A stretch of 64,000 nt of DNA from Carcharhinus amblyrhynchos (lineage: Eukaryota). Position 1 is the first letter of the stretch. Each line of letters opens with the position of its first letter. The DNA lies in assembly GCA_965287045.1 (NCBI GenBank), contig OZ336892.1:5146001-5210000 (forward strand). The letters are read 5' to 3'. Below the pieces are notes generated by a model. The model saw only the letters and a program-made list of their open reading frames with translations, ran no database searches and was not told the DNA's origin. Positions 51,714 through 64,000 of this stretch are shown in pieces. Position numbers and translations under genes: made by a program.

Positions 51714-52336
51714 ATGACAAGTCCGGTGTGGACAGTGACCCTGAACTGGAGAGGCGGGAGGAACACTCCGCCGCCATCAGTACCAGCCCCCCGCGAACGG
51801 CAGCGCCCCGAACAAACACTCCACCCGCCGAACATGCGGTGGGAGACTCGTCGCATCGGCCGAAGCCAGGATCTATCCCGGAGAAAAAGAAGGAATCGCT
51901 GGAAGCGAGGAGGGACAGTGATATCTGCTTTACTCACAGAAGTTCGGAGAGAGAGAAAGGCGAAGGGAGGAGGAAGGATGAAGCGAAGAAGGACAGTGAA
52001 TGTCTGAGTAAAGATACTTACTCCCCGCTTATGATACAGACTGATGGCCCCTCTCATCTAAACGCTGGACATTTGCAGAGCTTGGCTTTCTCCGGGTTAC
52101 ACAACCAGCAGTTCCTTAACCCTTTAAATGTCGGACAGCCCCTCTTTATTCACCCGGGTCAGTTTGCAGTCGCTCCCGGAGCTTTCTCGGCCATGGCCAC
52201 AGGAATGGGACATTTATTAGCCTCGGTGTCGGGAGCCGGCAGCTTGGACAACGCGACCATCAGCTCGGCCCAGAGCTCGGCAGGGGGAGGCCCCCACTTC
52301 CCTTTCCATCTCTCGCAACACGTCTTGGCTTCACAG
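51714..52336 (+). CDS. TBX2: TBX2 coding exon 6
   Basis: ctcttcag|AT GAC AAG; in frame with ORF 51728; ...[34 protein letters not shown]...[12 protein letters not shown]; donor |GTAAGC; 623 nt, phase 1 to 0. Confidence 0.93.
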
Positions 52337-54729
52337 GTAAGCAAGTCCCGAGCGGCGAGTGTTACTTTTAATTGGCCTGAACTAATAGCTCAAGCCCACC
52401 TTGAGTGGGAGATTTGTCATTAAGTATAAACATTGAGGTGTAGAATAAATCGATCGCGGAGAATGAAATCAACCGTTAGTTTAGGGGCCTGAACCGTTTG
52501 CAAATAAAACCTTTTTTAAAAAAACATTAAACATTATTTCCTGACCCTCTCCGAGATTTTCTCGCCCTCCCTTTTGATGTTTGGGGGCAACAGAGACAGA
52601 ATCCCGGCTTCAGTAGCCCGGAACATTGCAGCAAGAGAGGGAAATAGAGAGAGAAAAACACATTCCCTGACAGGGGACGGGAAAACCAAAGGGCAGAGAG
52701 AGAATTGAAAACAAGACAGGAAACATTAACATAACATCAATCAGAGAGAGGGAGAGAAAGGGGGAAAACAATCCAATAGTGAAAAGAATTGTATAAAAGG
52801 GAGAATGGAAGGAGAGAGTCTGAACTGTTTAAAATATTTTTGGGTTATGTCCTTTAAGCTATTATTGCCGCTGCGGTGCTCCCTGTCTTGTCAGTCCTGA
52901 GATAATTCTATGAATCTCAGGTTAATAGTCCGACTTTGTCTGATGACATGAGGAAATGTATTTAGATGCCCCATTGAGCACAGGGCTAAATCAGTATTCT
53001 ATCAAAGTGAACAGCCGGGACCCTGATGGACTCACAGGATTTAGATTCCAAGTGTAACACCTGGAACATTCATTCTAAGCATCCTGATCAGCCTTAATCC
53101 GGATTCAATCATTTATTCGTCAAAATAGCAGCGTTTTAACTCAGGTTGAGGGAGAAATTTAGCTCTCCACATTTTAACATGAAATCATTAAATCCATGTT
53201 GAGTGGAGACTAATCAATAACTTCTAATCCATGCCTAACAGTTCTGAGCAAAGGTCCATGGATGACTGATTGCCAAATTCTGTCCCTGTGAGTGAGTCAA
53301 CAGGCTCCACAGTCCAAGCCTATGTTTGAAATAGATTGTGTGTGTGTGTGGGGTTGGGGGGGATTGTGCAGCAATATGGCAGATCCCCTTCATCCAATTC
53401 ATAATGATGGGAACAATGTCTCCTCTTTAATTGGGTATGGCTGGAGAAACCTTAAAGTGGGGAGAGCTTTAGGTGTTTTACCCTTTGATACAAAGCAATA
53501 GTGAAACTTCTACAACATGCATCAATCTGTGATATAAACGACATATATTTAAATATATTAATGTGTATATTCAGGATGTGTATTCATCATAATATGTACA
53601 GAGTATATATAGGACATATGTGTCTGTGGTAACAGGTATGAGTCCATTTTAAAAATGTCTTTCTGTGTGAGGCTGATTAACCAACCATTCATTTGGCCAT
53701 TTATACAATTTGTTCTGACAATGCCTAGATTTGACCATTGGATAAATCAGCATTGTAATGGTACATTGAGTTTTATTTAGTTGGCCATCAAAAATTCTGA
53801 CAGATTCAATTGTGTTTGGTTAAACTGGATCCAAAAAGATACTGGGATGATTGCAGACCTAGAAAAATAAGCATATTTCTTTCTCTTATTTATTAATTTA
53901 TCTACATGCCAATACTTTCATCTCTTCATGCACAGGAGAGTATGCTTTGTGCATACGGTTAATAATCTTTCTTTCCAACTAAAGAATTCCTATTCCAATT
54001 ATGAAGTTTTATTGTCAAATTAATGAACTGTTTTATTGGCGTTGATCTTGTGTTTAAAAGGGTGCCAGATAATGCAAGGCGTGCAGCTCTGAGAATGCAG
54101 CTTAATACATTCCAGCTAAAACCCGGAGAATGGGGCAGCCCCCATTGTGGAGTCCTGCACCTGTGGGGTCCTTGTAGCTGAACAGAAAACTATACAGCCC
54201 TCTACTCCTTGATGGGCAGCTGGGGAGAAAGGCCAGAGTGTTTGTAAACCTTTTTTTGGAGTCTCTTGGCAGTTCCGATTGGCCATCTCTGATCTCTGGG
54301 ATCAAATTGAACATTCACCTCTGCGTTTTCAAAAAGCCCCATTTGTTTATTCTTCAGTGTGCCTTTGATCCAATGTTCAGCAGTAAAGTGAGGCCATTCA
54401 GCCCCTCCAGCATCCAGTCAGATTGGGTTGCTGATTTATTGGCCGTGAATAGCTGGAGCCAGAATTTAAAACAAATCTCAGAATTTTAAAAAAAAATTCA
54501 GTTGCTTCCCGGCCTCAGGAAGGAACGTTCTAAATGTCCTCTATCCTTTCAGCCCCACTTTGTGTTATTTTCTTTCAGGATCCCCACCAGTTGAGAAGGT
54601 TACTTTCTTGAAGTTGTTTCAAGTGGAGCTAAATGTCTTTTGAGTTTGCTGTAACTCTTCACTGTATGATGGTACTCACTAGCTGTTTTTCTCTGCCCAC
54701 CCCCCTCCCCTTCTTGTTTTATAATACAG

Positions 54730-55188
54730 GGGATCCCAATGACTACTTTTGGAGGACTTTTCCCCTACCCGTACACCTACATGGCAGCGGCCGCCGCAGC
54801 CGCCGCTTTGCCCAACAGTTCGGGGGCCCCGTCCTCTCTCCATCGGCACCCCTTCCTGAGCGGCGGACGACCCCGGCTTCGCTTCAACCCCTATCCGATC
54901 CCGGTCTCCATCCCGGCCAGTACCAACCTCCTCACCACGGCCATGCCCTCGGCGCTGGGCGGCTCCGACAGCAAGCTGTGCAGCCGAGACTCCAGCCCCG
55001 TCTCCGTCGGCTTGGCCCCCGAGCTCAACCACAAAAGCAACGGAGGCAGTTTAAGGACTGGGGCCAGCTCCCTCTCCCCCAAGCCCAGCGCCAAGGAGGC
55101 CATCAACGAACTACAGAATATCCAGAGATTGGTGAGCGGCTTGGAGAATAGCCGGGAGACACCTCCAGCTCGGGACTCTCCTAAATGA
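54730..55188 (+). CDS. TBX2: TBX2 coding exon 7 (C-terminal region, poly-Ala, stop)
   Basis: tacag|GGG ATC CCA ATG; [28 protein letters not shown]...[31 protein letters not shown] matches the TBX2-type C-terminus; TGA at 55186-55188. Confidence 0.96.
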   Translation, partial: GIPMTTFGGLFPYPYTYMAAAAAAAALPNSSGAPSSLHRHPFLSGGRPRLRFNPYPIPVSIPASTNLLTTAMPSALGGSDSKLCSRDSSPVSVGLAPELNHKSNGGSLRTGASSLSPKPSAKEAINELQNIQRLVSGLENSRETPPARDSPK

Positions 55189-56130
55189 ACCGCTTTGATC
55201 CATTGTTGGGGCATCGGGACTAGCAATAGATGCAGACAAAAAAAAAGAACCTCACAGTGCAGAGATACCTTCCGACCGAGGGGAGAGGTGGGAGGTCGGA
55301 TGGTGCCCAGAGGCAGTGGCACCCAGTGCCCACACCGTAGGGATAGGAGCAGAAGTGTTATAGAGACCGTGTAAAATGTGGTGCAACTTGCAGTAAAGGA
55401 ACGACCACTTGGCTATAAAAAAAAAACCCGCGTAAGATAAATGTACCTTCACACAAGAAAAGAAGGAATTTTGCTATTTATGTAATTAATTAGTAATTTT
55501 GTGTAAATAAGCTATGGATGGCAGAATATGCAAATCGGTATTAATTTATTCAGTTGTAAATTCGCGTGTACATATATTAGAGTTTAATTCCTTGCATTTT
55601 AATGTTTTTTTTCTTGTTTTGTTTTACACACAAACATCACAGTATATTGTAAATGAAATATATAGCGCATTGGGAAAGTGTGTGTGTGAGAAAGAATGAA
55701 TGAGTTTCTAACTGTGTTTTATAAGTCTATTCCGCCTGCTTTCCTGAAAACGGTTTTTAAACCACAATGTGCCATCCATTACATCAATGCTATTCCAGTG
55801 TTACCTGTTCTTTTTTTAAAAAAAATAACTGCTCTCTGTACTGTACAATGCTACAGATTTAAAATAAATCAAAAAAGAAACCTTTCTAAAGTCCTGTGCC
55901 AGCGGGTTATATAAAGAATACCGCTTCCACCTCAGGTTGATTTCACCTCTCGGTGTGGATTTCCGGTGGGACTCTCACTGGGCTGTCTACAAAGCGGCTT
56001 CAAATAAAAAAGACAAAAAAAATCTCTCAAATTGTGTTGGTTATTCGGGTAATCTATCAGCAATTTAAAAAAAATGAATTCTCTCACAACTTTCAATAAA
56101 TATTTTGAAGTGAAACTTCTGCTTGTGATA
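55189..56130 (+). other. TBX2 3' UTR with candidate polyadenylation signals
   Basis: AU-rich; AATAAA at 55863-55868, 56003-56008 and 56095-56100, the last followed by GT-rich sequence. The actual cleavage site is unknown. Confidence 0.6.
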
Positions 56131-57883
56131 CATTTAGTTGAACGTGTGTCCCTATGGAAGCATAAACCTGTGTGTGCGTGTGTGTGCCTTAACGTGTGAC
56201 TATATGTGTACACGTGTCATTCTATGTAAGTATTTACTTATGTGTATTTGACCCTTGCAAAAATCATTTGAAATTGTACGCATAATTTTTAAGGAATATG
56301 TCACATTAAAGGACCTTAGATCCAACCCTTGCCGTCAACGATGAAAGATATAAAAAATCAGCTTAACTGAATCAGGATTGAATACTTTATGGGAGTAAAT
56401 CCTTGTTTTAGATCAGAATTCTGGTATATTCTATGCATATACAACATGCTACACTCTCTCACGTGGCCTCTGTCATACACTGCGATTCCATCCCTCAGAA
56501 AATAAATTAATTATTACAAATACTGAAGGGCATGTTCTCTGGAAGGTGTGATCAGCAGCACTGGATTTATTCTGACCAGTTCAACTTTGGAATTTATCTG
56601 ATGCTTGGGACCCCTTTTGCCTGGACCCAGTGTGAATTTCACAGATTGGCGTTGTTTGAGGTGTTGGATTACGTTAGTTTTGGGGTTATTTTCACACCGC
56701 AGCTTAACTGAAACGCAGAATGCACCATTTGAATCTTAAACAAGATGCACTTGGACCCGTTCTGAACATATATGAGAACTTCTCACTAGCGTTTTTGCAA
56801 TAATTATTACACTGTGTGTACTGATAGCTGCGCATCTCCTGGCGGTTGTGATTTGCCTTGGGATCGAATCTTTAGTACTTAGAAAAATAAAAGGGCAGAG
56901 TTTAAGGATCTAATAGTTCAGGTGAATGTCATGTTCCTATTTAGGCACTTTGATTTTAAGTGGAAACGCAGCAAGGCGCCACATAATATCAAAGGAGTTC
57001 AGGTTTTATACTCAAAATATGTCATAAATGCACAAAATACCTCTTCATCATCTGGAAACAATACACTGAGGAAGTGGCTTCAATGAAGTGATCGATATAA
57101 GGAAATTATTCCAATTTTTTCAAACATTTCTTAGAAGTCGCAAAATGACTTTTTAATCAGTTAGGCGTCTATCTGGGGAACATGACTGGTCTCCGTGTGT
57201 TAAGAGGGGACCGACTCCAAGCACAAAATATGCAACTCATTTTATAGAATCCTTTAGCTTAGGCAGACCGAATGCAGGATGGCTGAGCCCATGCCCTGTT
57301 TGTTGAGTGTTGGGGTGAAAGTTTTGCAGCAGCAGCATAGAATGGGAATTGGGAGGAAGGACAATTCTTGCTCCCACGGAAAGGTTAGGGGAGGAACCGA
57401 ATCCTAACAAAGTTAACCGAGAATGGAAATTCGTTATAACATAGAGCTGCAGTCATTGTCTCAATGTCCCATCTCATCCACATAGTCACACACACATATA
57501 CAAGAGGGACATACGCACAGACCTGTAAAGACACAGATCCATGTTCACAGGTACACACTCAAACACATAACACACAGGCATCCACCCAGAAATGTACCAC
57601 AAACGCACAGACCAGATAGATGTTTAACAGATGAATGGCTCATATAGCTACACTCCAACAGTCACACACAGAAACACGTCTGCACTCACAAACATGTACA
57701 CGCACAGATACCTACTCAGGTACACGCATACATATCAGTTGAGATATACAGAGCTGGACTGCTCACGTGTGGGGACACATATACACAAATGCAGACTCGC
57801 ATATGGACATCGCAAACCTCAGCAATGAATTAGTCTGAAGTATTTCACATTTAACTGAGCTCCGTAAGCCGAAGATTTCCTTC

Positions 57884-57939
57884 TTAAATTCATTGGCGAG
57901 AATTAATTCAGGAAAATTAATTCTCGCCAATGAATTTAA
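57884..57939. repeat. Perfect inverted repeat, 25-bp arms, 6-nt loop
   Basis: TTAAATTCATTGGCGAGAATTAATT-CAGGAA-AATTAATTCTCGCCAATGAATTTAA. Confidence 0.97.
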
Positions 57940-59589
57940 ACGAGATTCACTGTTTTTGCGACTAAATCTACAAACGCATGCCTGAGAAAGTTATTGTCAG
58001 GTGGGCTGCGTTCAGTAGATTTTAACTTTTTCCAGAAAGTGCCCAAAAAGTTTGTTTGAAAAGTGACCTCGCGGATTTCGCCGTTTTCCCGGCTAACAGG
58101 AGACCGCTTTCCAGTCTCATATAACCCAGAAATTAAAAAGAAAAAAATCACTTTGATGTCTGGATTGATGCGAGGTCGTGCTTAAGTACTTTAAATTCAA
58201 CCTGGCGGCTTTAAGTTCAGACCATTAATGTATGAAATAAACAGTCTTTTCCTCGCCAATTACCGATTACTCCGTACCGGCAAGATTTACGAGGTTTTGT
58301 GTCAGAAGTTGATGGCTTCATTATCAGTTCCCTGCTGAGATTTGACGCTGTTTGGGCGCCACCTCCCGGACTGGTGCAGCATTGCTGGGGGGTGAGGGGG
58401 GGAAGGGGCGGTGGGAGAGAACTTCCAAGTTGCTCTGAGACTGGCAAGAGTCACGGACTTGGTTCCAGTTCCTGTTTTTAACGCACTTTCACTAAATGCC
58501 GAATTAATCCCGACAAAAAGTGAACTAACTCAGGCGCGCAAACAGGGGGAACTTTCAGAAGTTTATACACATTGGGAGAGGCAATTTAATGCTGGCAAGA
58601 AGCAAAATTGTGAGGTTAGTTTTTAATGAATGAAGAAGTGAGATATTTTCTCGTTCACTGACAATTCTCTAGGATCCTTTTGGATCTGTTGCTGCTGAAA
58701 GCCAGCACTTGTTTTCTGTTTACTTTCCACTGTTGATTTACTATCGATCTTTATTAACTGCTGCATTCTCGGTAAATATTTAAGCTTATTCATTCTCTAT
58801 GGGGGAATCACCAGCATTTTAACCGCTGTAATATTGATCGTTGTTGTGATCTAGCTCAGCTCACGGGGCTGTGCTTGGGGTGAAAGCTGTTCTCTACACG
58901 ACCGGGAGAAATCCATGTTGTATTTATGTTCTGGGGAGACACATTTGTACACACAGCTGGCCTCAGTGCGTGCAATCTCCTTCAGGATTATACTTACCAC
59001 ATCGGATCTGTGAATGATAAAGGTCACATCCTCAAAATTCCTCAAGTAATTAAAATGTTTTTTTCAATTTTGCACGATTGATATAACGTACATGTTGCCA
59101 TGGACAACAGTGTGAGATTGAGTCTCGCTGCTCTCTCTCTCTGCTGTTGGCCAACTTCATTTCCATACTTCTGAGTAGTGCGGGACTGACCCGACGCTGC
59201 AAACAGCAGCTGACTGACGATTGCCGCCCGGATCAAAACAGACCCACACCGGAGAGTTGTAGAGGGGGATATAGAGAGGAAGAGACTCACAACGAAATGC
59301 ATTGAGAAACAGCGATAGAGTGAACGATAGCGACAGAGAGAATCGCAAGGTCTGTACAAGACATGGTGAGAGACAGCGATAGAGGGAATAATAGAGACAG
59401 AGGGAGAATAGGAGATGTTATTCGGAGAATTGTAGGGACAGAGATGGAGAGAATTAGAGAGAGGCGCGGAAAGAGAATTATGGAGATAGAGAGGGAGATG
59501 GTTACAGAGAGAGAAACAGAATTATAGTAACAGAGAGGGGGACAGTATCTATTAGACTGAGATGGTCTCACAACCAACAGATCAGATAA

Positions 59590-61510
59590 AACCTCTGCAG
59601 TCCTGGCACAGCTAGTGGTGAGTGCTGGTGGACAATTAATTAACTAACTCGGGGTGGGGTCCAAAAACACCCTCATCCGCAATGAGGGGAGAAATCAGAA
59701 CATCTGTGTGATCAACAAAGCATTTGCACTCATCTTCAGTCAGATGTGCAGAATGAATGATCCCTGACAGTCTTCTCCTGAAGTCCCAGAATTACAGATG
59801 CCAGACTTCAACCAAATCACTTCACTCCACATGATATCAGTGCATTGTATGATGGGCCCTGAGAACATCCTGGTACTGAAGACTTGTGCGCCAGAACCAG
59901 CCATAATTCCAGCCAAGCTATTCGAGTATAGCTATAAAGTTGTATCTACCTCCCAGTGAAAAGTTGCCCAGGTATATCCTGTCTGCAAAAAGCAAAACAA
60001 ATTCAACTCAGTCAATTACTGCCCCATCAGTCTACACATGACCATCAGCATATAAACGGAAGGTGTTGTTGACAGTTTGGGTTCTGCCAAAGCCACCAGG
60101 CTGCAGACCTCATTACAGCCTTGATCCAAACAGGGACCATAGAATCATAGAATCCCTCCAGTGCAGAAAGAAGCCATCTGGCTCATCAAGTCTGCACAGT
60201 CACTCTGAAAGTGCATCCCACCCCGGCCCTCCCCTATTCCCATAACCCCATGCATTTACCTTGGCTAATCCACCCAGCCTAAACCTCTTTTGACATTAAG
60301 GGAATTTAGCGTGTCCAATCCACCTAACCTGTACATCTTAGGACTGTGGGAGGAAACCGGGGCACTGAAAGGAAACCCACACAGACAAACTCCATACAAT
60401 CACCCAAGCCAGGAATTGAACCCGGGTCCTAGGCATTGTGAGGCAGCAGTGCTAACCACTGTGCCACTGTGCCACACAAAAGATGAAAGAGTTGAACTCA
60501 AGAGGTGAGGTGTCTGTGACTGTCCTTGACATCAATGCAGCATTTGACTGGGTGTGGCATTAAGGTGCCCAGTAAAACTGGAGTCAATGGGAATCAGGGG
60601 AAAAACTCTCCACTGGTTAGCACAAAGGAAGATGGTTGTGGTGGTTAGAGGCCATTCAGCTCAGTTCCAAGAACATTGCTGCAGAAGAATCTCAGGTCTG
60701 GTATCCAAGGCCCAGTCACCTTCAGCTGCTCCATCAATGACCATCTCTCTATCATAAGGTCAGAAGTGAGGATGGTTGCTATTGATTGCACAGCATTCTG
60801 TACCATATGTGATTCCTCAGATAATGAATAGTCTGTGTCCACATGCAGCAAGATCTGGGCAACATTCGGGCTTGGGCTGATAACTGGCAAGTAACTCCAC
60901 ATCCCATAAATGCCATACAATGACCATCCTCAGTAAAAGAGAATCCAACCATCACCCCTTGATATTCAATGGTATTACCATTGCTGAATTTCCCACTATC
61001 AACATTTTGAAGTTAATATTGACCTGAAACTGAATTGGACTAGCCATATCAATACTCTGGCTACAGAACAGGTCAGAGGCTGGGAATTCAGTGGTGAGTA
61101 ACTCACTCCCCAACTATTGAAGCCTGTCCACTATCCATAAGGCACAAGTCAGGAGTGTGATGAAATACTCCCCAATTTCCTGGATGGGTGCAGCTCCAAC
61201 ATCACTAAAGAAGCTCAACCCAGTCCAGGACAAACAATCCACTTGATCCAATACCTTAAATAGGCACTTCCTCCACCATTGCACAAGTGACAGTAATGTG
61301 ACCATTTACAAGGTTAACTGCAGTAACCTGCCAAGCCATCCTTCGATAACACCTTCCAAACTTGTGAACTCTACTGACTAGAAGCACAAAGGTTACAGGC
61401 ATGTGGGAACATCACCACCAGCAAGATCCCCTTCAAGCTACTCACCATTCTGACTTGGAACTTTCTCACTATTTTTCTTTGTTGCTGGATTAAAATCCTG
61501 AAACTCTTTT
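59590..61510 (+). mobile_element. Decayed CR1/L2-group LINE RT-region fragment
   Basis: Frameshifted RT motifs (AATTACTGCCCCATCAGTCTAC, resembling NYRPISL; CTTGACATCAATGCAGCATTTGAC, resembling LDIxxAFD); interrupted by a SINE. Confidence 0.75.
60138..60475 (-). mobile_element. HE1-like V-SINE nested in a LINE
   Basis: CATAGAATCATAGAAT tail, antisense V-domain and head GCAGTGCTAACCACTGTGCCAC. Confidence 0.88.
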
Positions 61511-62039
61511 CTTAATATTGGCAAATGTTAATATTTTCCATTGATTCCTGAGCTCTGGTCATGAATGAATGTATATTTCAGATCCTTTTTCACAAAGATT
61601 CCCTCCACATTTAAAAAAAAAATTATGTTTAAAACAAACAGAAAATGTTTGAAGTATCTGTGGAGAAAGAAACAGAGAGACACCAAATTATGTTCAACTT
61701 GAAGTGTTTCACTTTATCAGGCCACCTGTCTGCTGGGTAACAAATTTAATTCTTTTATTATAAATGTACCAGGAGTGAAGATTGAAATGAGTTGGTCAGA
61801 ATCTCATTACTGAATCTATGTATAATGTCTTTCTATCACTCTGGATAGGTACATGAATAGGGAAGAAATAGAGGGATATGGACTGAGTGAGGACAGAAGT
61901 TTTTTTATGTTTAGTTAGAGAATCATGATCGACACAGGCTTGGTGGATCAAAGAAGCTGTTTCTGAGCCGTACTTTTCTTTGTTCCTTATTCTCTTGCAG
62001 CTGTATCTACTCAGTTACTGCAGCTTCCTTCCTATTTTT

Positions 62040-63000
62040 ATTCTTTCCCGGGATGTGGGTGTCGCTCGCATTTACTGTTCATCTTCAATCGCCCTTGAGA
62101 AGATGGAGTTGTAGATACGCCCATAGTTATGTTAGGAAAGGGGGTTCAGGAATTTAACCCAGCAAAACAGTGAAAAATGATGATTGATTTCCAAGTTAGA
62201 ATATTTGTAGCTTGGAGAGGAACTTGCAGTTGGTGATGTCCCCTTGTATCTGCAGACTTTGTGCTTCTAGACGGTAGTGGTCACAGGTTTGGAAGTCAAA
62301 GGAGGCTTGGTGGGTTGCTGTAGTGCAACTTGTATAAGTTACACTCAGCTGCTACTTGTGCAGCAGTGGAGGGAGTGACTGCTTAAGGTGGAATCAAAGG
62401 TGTAGTATCAACGTTTTTGGTTGACACCAAATTATGGGAATAGCAAATCGCAATATTGATTGTGAGAGTGCAGCAAGATAGTTTGAAGAATGAACAGATA
62501 TTTAGTAGGTGCAGTTCAATGTGGAAAATGTAAAGTGAAAGATTTTGGGAATAAAAGTAGGAATATAATGGCTCTGTTACTGCAATTGTGGTGCAGCGAA
62601 TGTGAGGCTGATGCCTGCTGTGGGAATTGGAATTGATATTCTTCCATCTGATGTGGGCAGCCCTACAGAGCCAGCATTTATTGTCCATCTGTAATTGCAC
62701 TTGAACTGAATTTCTTGCTTGGCCATTTAAAAATGCAGTTAAGAATCAACTACATTGCTGTGGCTCTGCAGCCACATGTAGGCCAGACTAGGTAAGAACA
62801 GCAGATTTCCTTTCCTAAAGGACATCAGTGAACCAGAAGGGTTTTTACAACAATTGATGATAATTGTTATGAGCACCGTTACTGAGACTAGCTTTTATAT
62901 TCCAGATTTAGTCATTAAATTTAATTTCTACCAGATGTTACCTTGGGATTATTAGTCCTATGATATTAGTCGAGTGACATGATCACTACACCAACATCAC
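62040..63000 (-). mobile_element. Antisense LINE 3' fragment (about 62040-62400) and related SINE (about 62650-63000)
   Basis: Both begin GATGTGGG...GCATTTA(C/T)TG...AAT(C/T)GC(C/A)CTTGA; the second is the reverse complement of the 8365-9080 family. Confidence 0.6.
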
Positions 63001-63134
63001 CCAACAGTAAAAAAGAAAGTAAGTAATTAGATTATCCTAAAATCCAAACTGAAACATTAGTGTCATTTAGGGAAGGAAACCCACCATCCTTACCTTGTCT
63101 GATCAATCCGTGGTTTTAAAAACACTCCAACTGA

Positions 63135-63560
63135 ACTATCCTTTGAAGAAACTACAAAGGGTTGTGAATGTGACTCAATCCATCACACAAGCTAGCCTCC
63201 CATCCATTGACTCTGTCTATACTTCCTGCTGCCTTGGCAAAGCAGCCAGCATAATGAAGGACCCTACACATCCCGGACATTCCCTCTTCCACCTTCTTTC
63301 ATTGGGAAAAAGATACACAAGTCTGACATCATGTACCAACTGACTCAAGAACCGCTTCCTCCCTGCTTCCATCAGACATTTGAATGGACCTACCTCGCAT
63401 TAAGTTGATCTTTCTCTACAATCTAGCTATGACTGTAACACTACATTCTGCACTCTGCCCTTTCCTTCTCAATGAACGGTATGCATTATCTGGTGTAGCA
63501 CAAGCAACAATACTTTCACTGTATACTAATACATGTGACAATAATAAATCAAATAAAAAA
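63135..63560 (+). mobile_element. Rex1/Babar-type LINE 3' end
   Basis: LQRVVN...LPSIDSVYTSCCLGKAASIMKDPTHPGHSLFHLL..GKRY is the Rex1/Babar ORF C-terminus; tail AATAAATCAAAT. Confidence 0.85.
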
Positions 63561-64000
63561 TGGCCAAGCAAGCAATTTAGTTTAGTTCAAGCCACTTTCA
63601 AAAAGACCCAATCCCATCAGTTTTTGGAGAGCTACCAGCAATGAGTAATAAATACTCGGCTTGCCAGAAACACACATTCTAAGATTAAATTTGTGCAGCA
63701 AATATACAATTTACAGAGAAGCAAACACACTGCTGTATCAAATACACGCACGGTTTAACAGTGCATAAACACACACACACATACGCAAACACACAAACTC
63801 CAGCAAAAAACTCACATACACATATTAAGTGCACAGAGTCAATTCTTTCCAAACAACAGATTACTCTGGAGTGCAGCGGCAAATGCAATGTGGGTGAAGG
63901 TAACAGCGACGCAATCACACACAGCAGTTCCCGACAGAAACTGTATATACAACTAGAATTAATAAACAGGAAAGTGAGCAGGCAGCCAGGGAGATGAAAA

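Overview
Vertebrate genomic DNA, very likely from a shark or other elasmobranch judging by its repeat families (HE1-type V-SINEs, CR1/HER1, Rex1/Babar and Deu-domain fragments). It holds one complete protein-coding gene, the T-box factor TBX2, on the + strand. The gene has 7 coding exons (43181-43554, 44666-44933, 47251-47397, 49264-49340, 49753-49922, 51714-52336, 54730-55188). All introns are GT-AG and phase-consistent, giving a 2118-nt CDS and a 705-aa protein. In the 43 kb upstream and 8 kb downstream I recognised no other gene. These flanks mix retroelement fragments, a probable solo LTR, minisatellites and repeat-free motif-dense blocks that look like enhancers. I found no clearly new biological system. 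The best second-look items are: inverted self-nested LINE insertions, palindromic Penelope-like termini with degenerate hammerhead-like cores, a perfect 25-bp-arm hairpin 3' of TBX2, an out-of-frame uORF overlapping the TBX2 start codon, co-oriented CTCF motifs, and TBX3-like segments in this TBX2. Repeat-family names and human comparisons come from recall, not from database searches.
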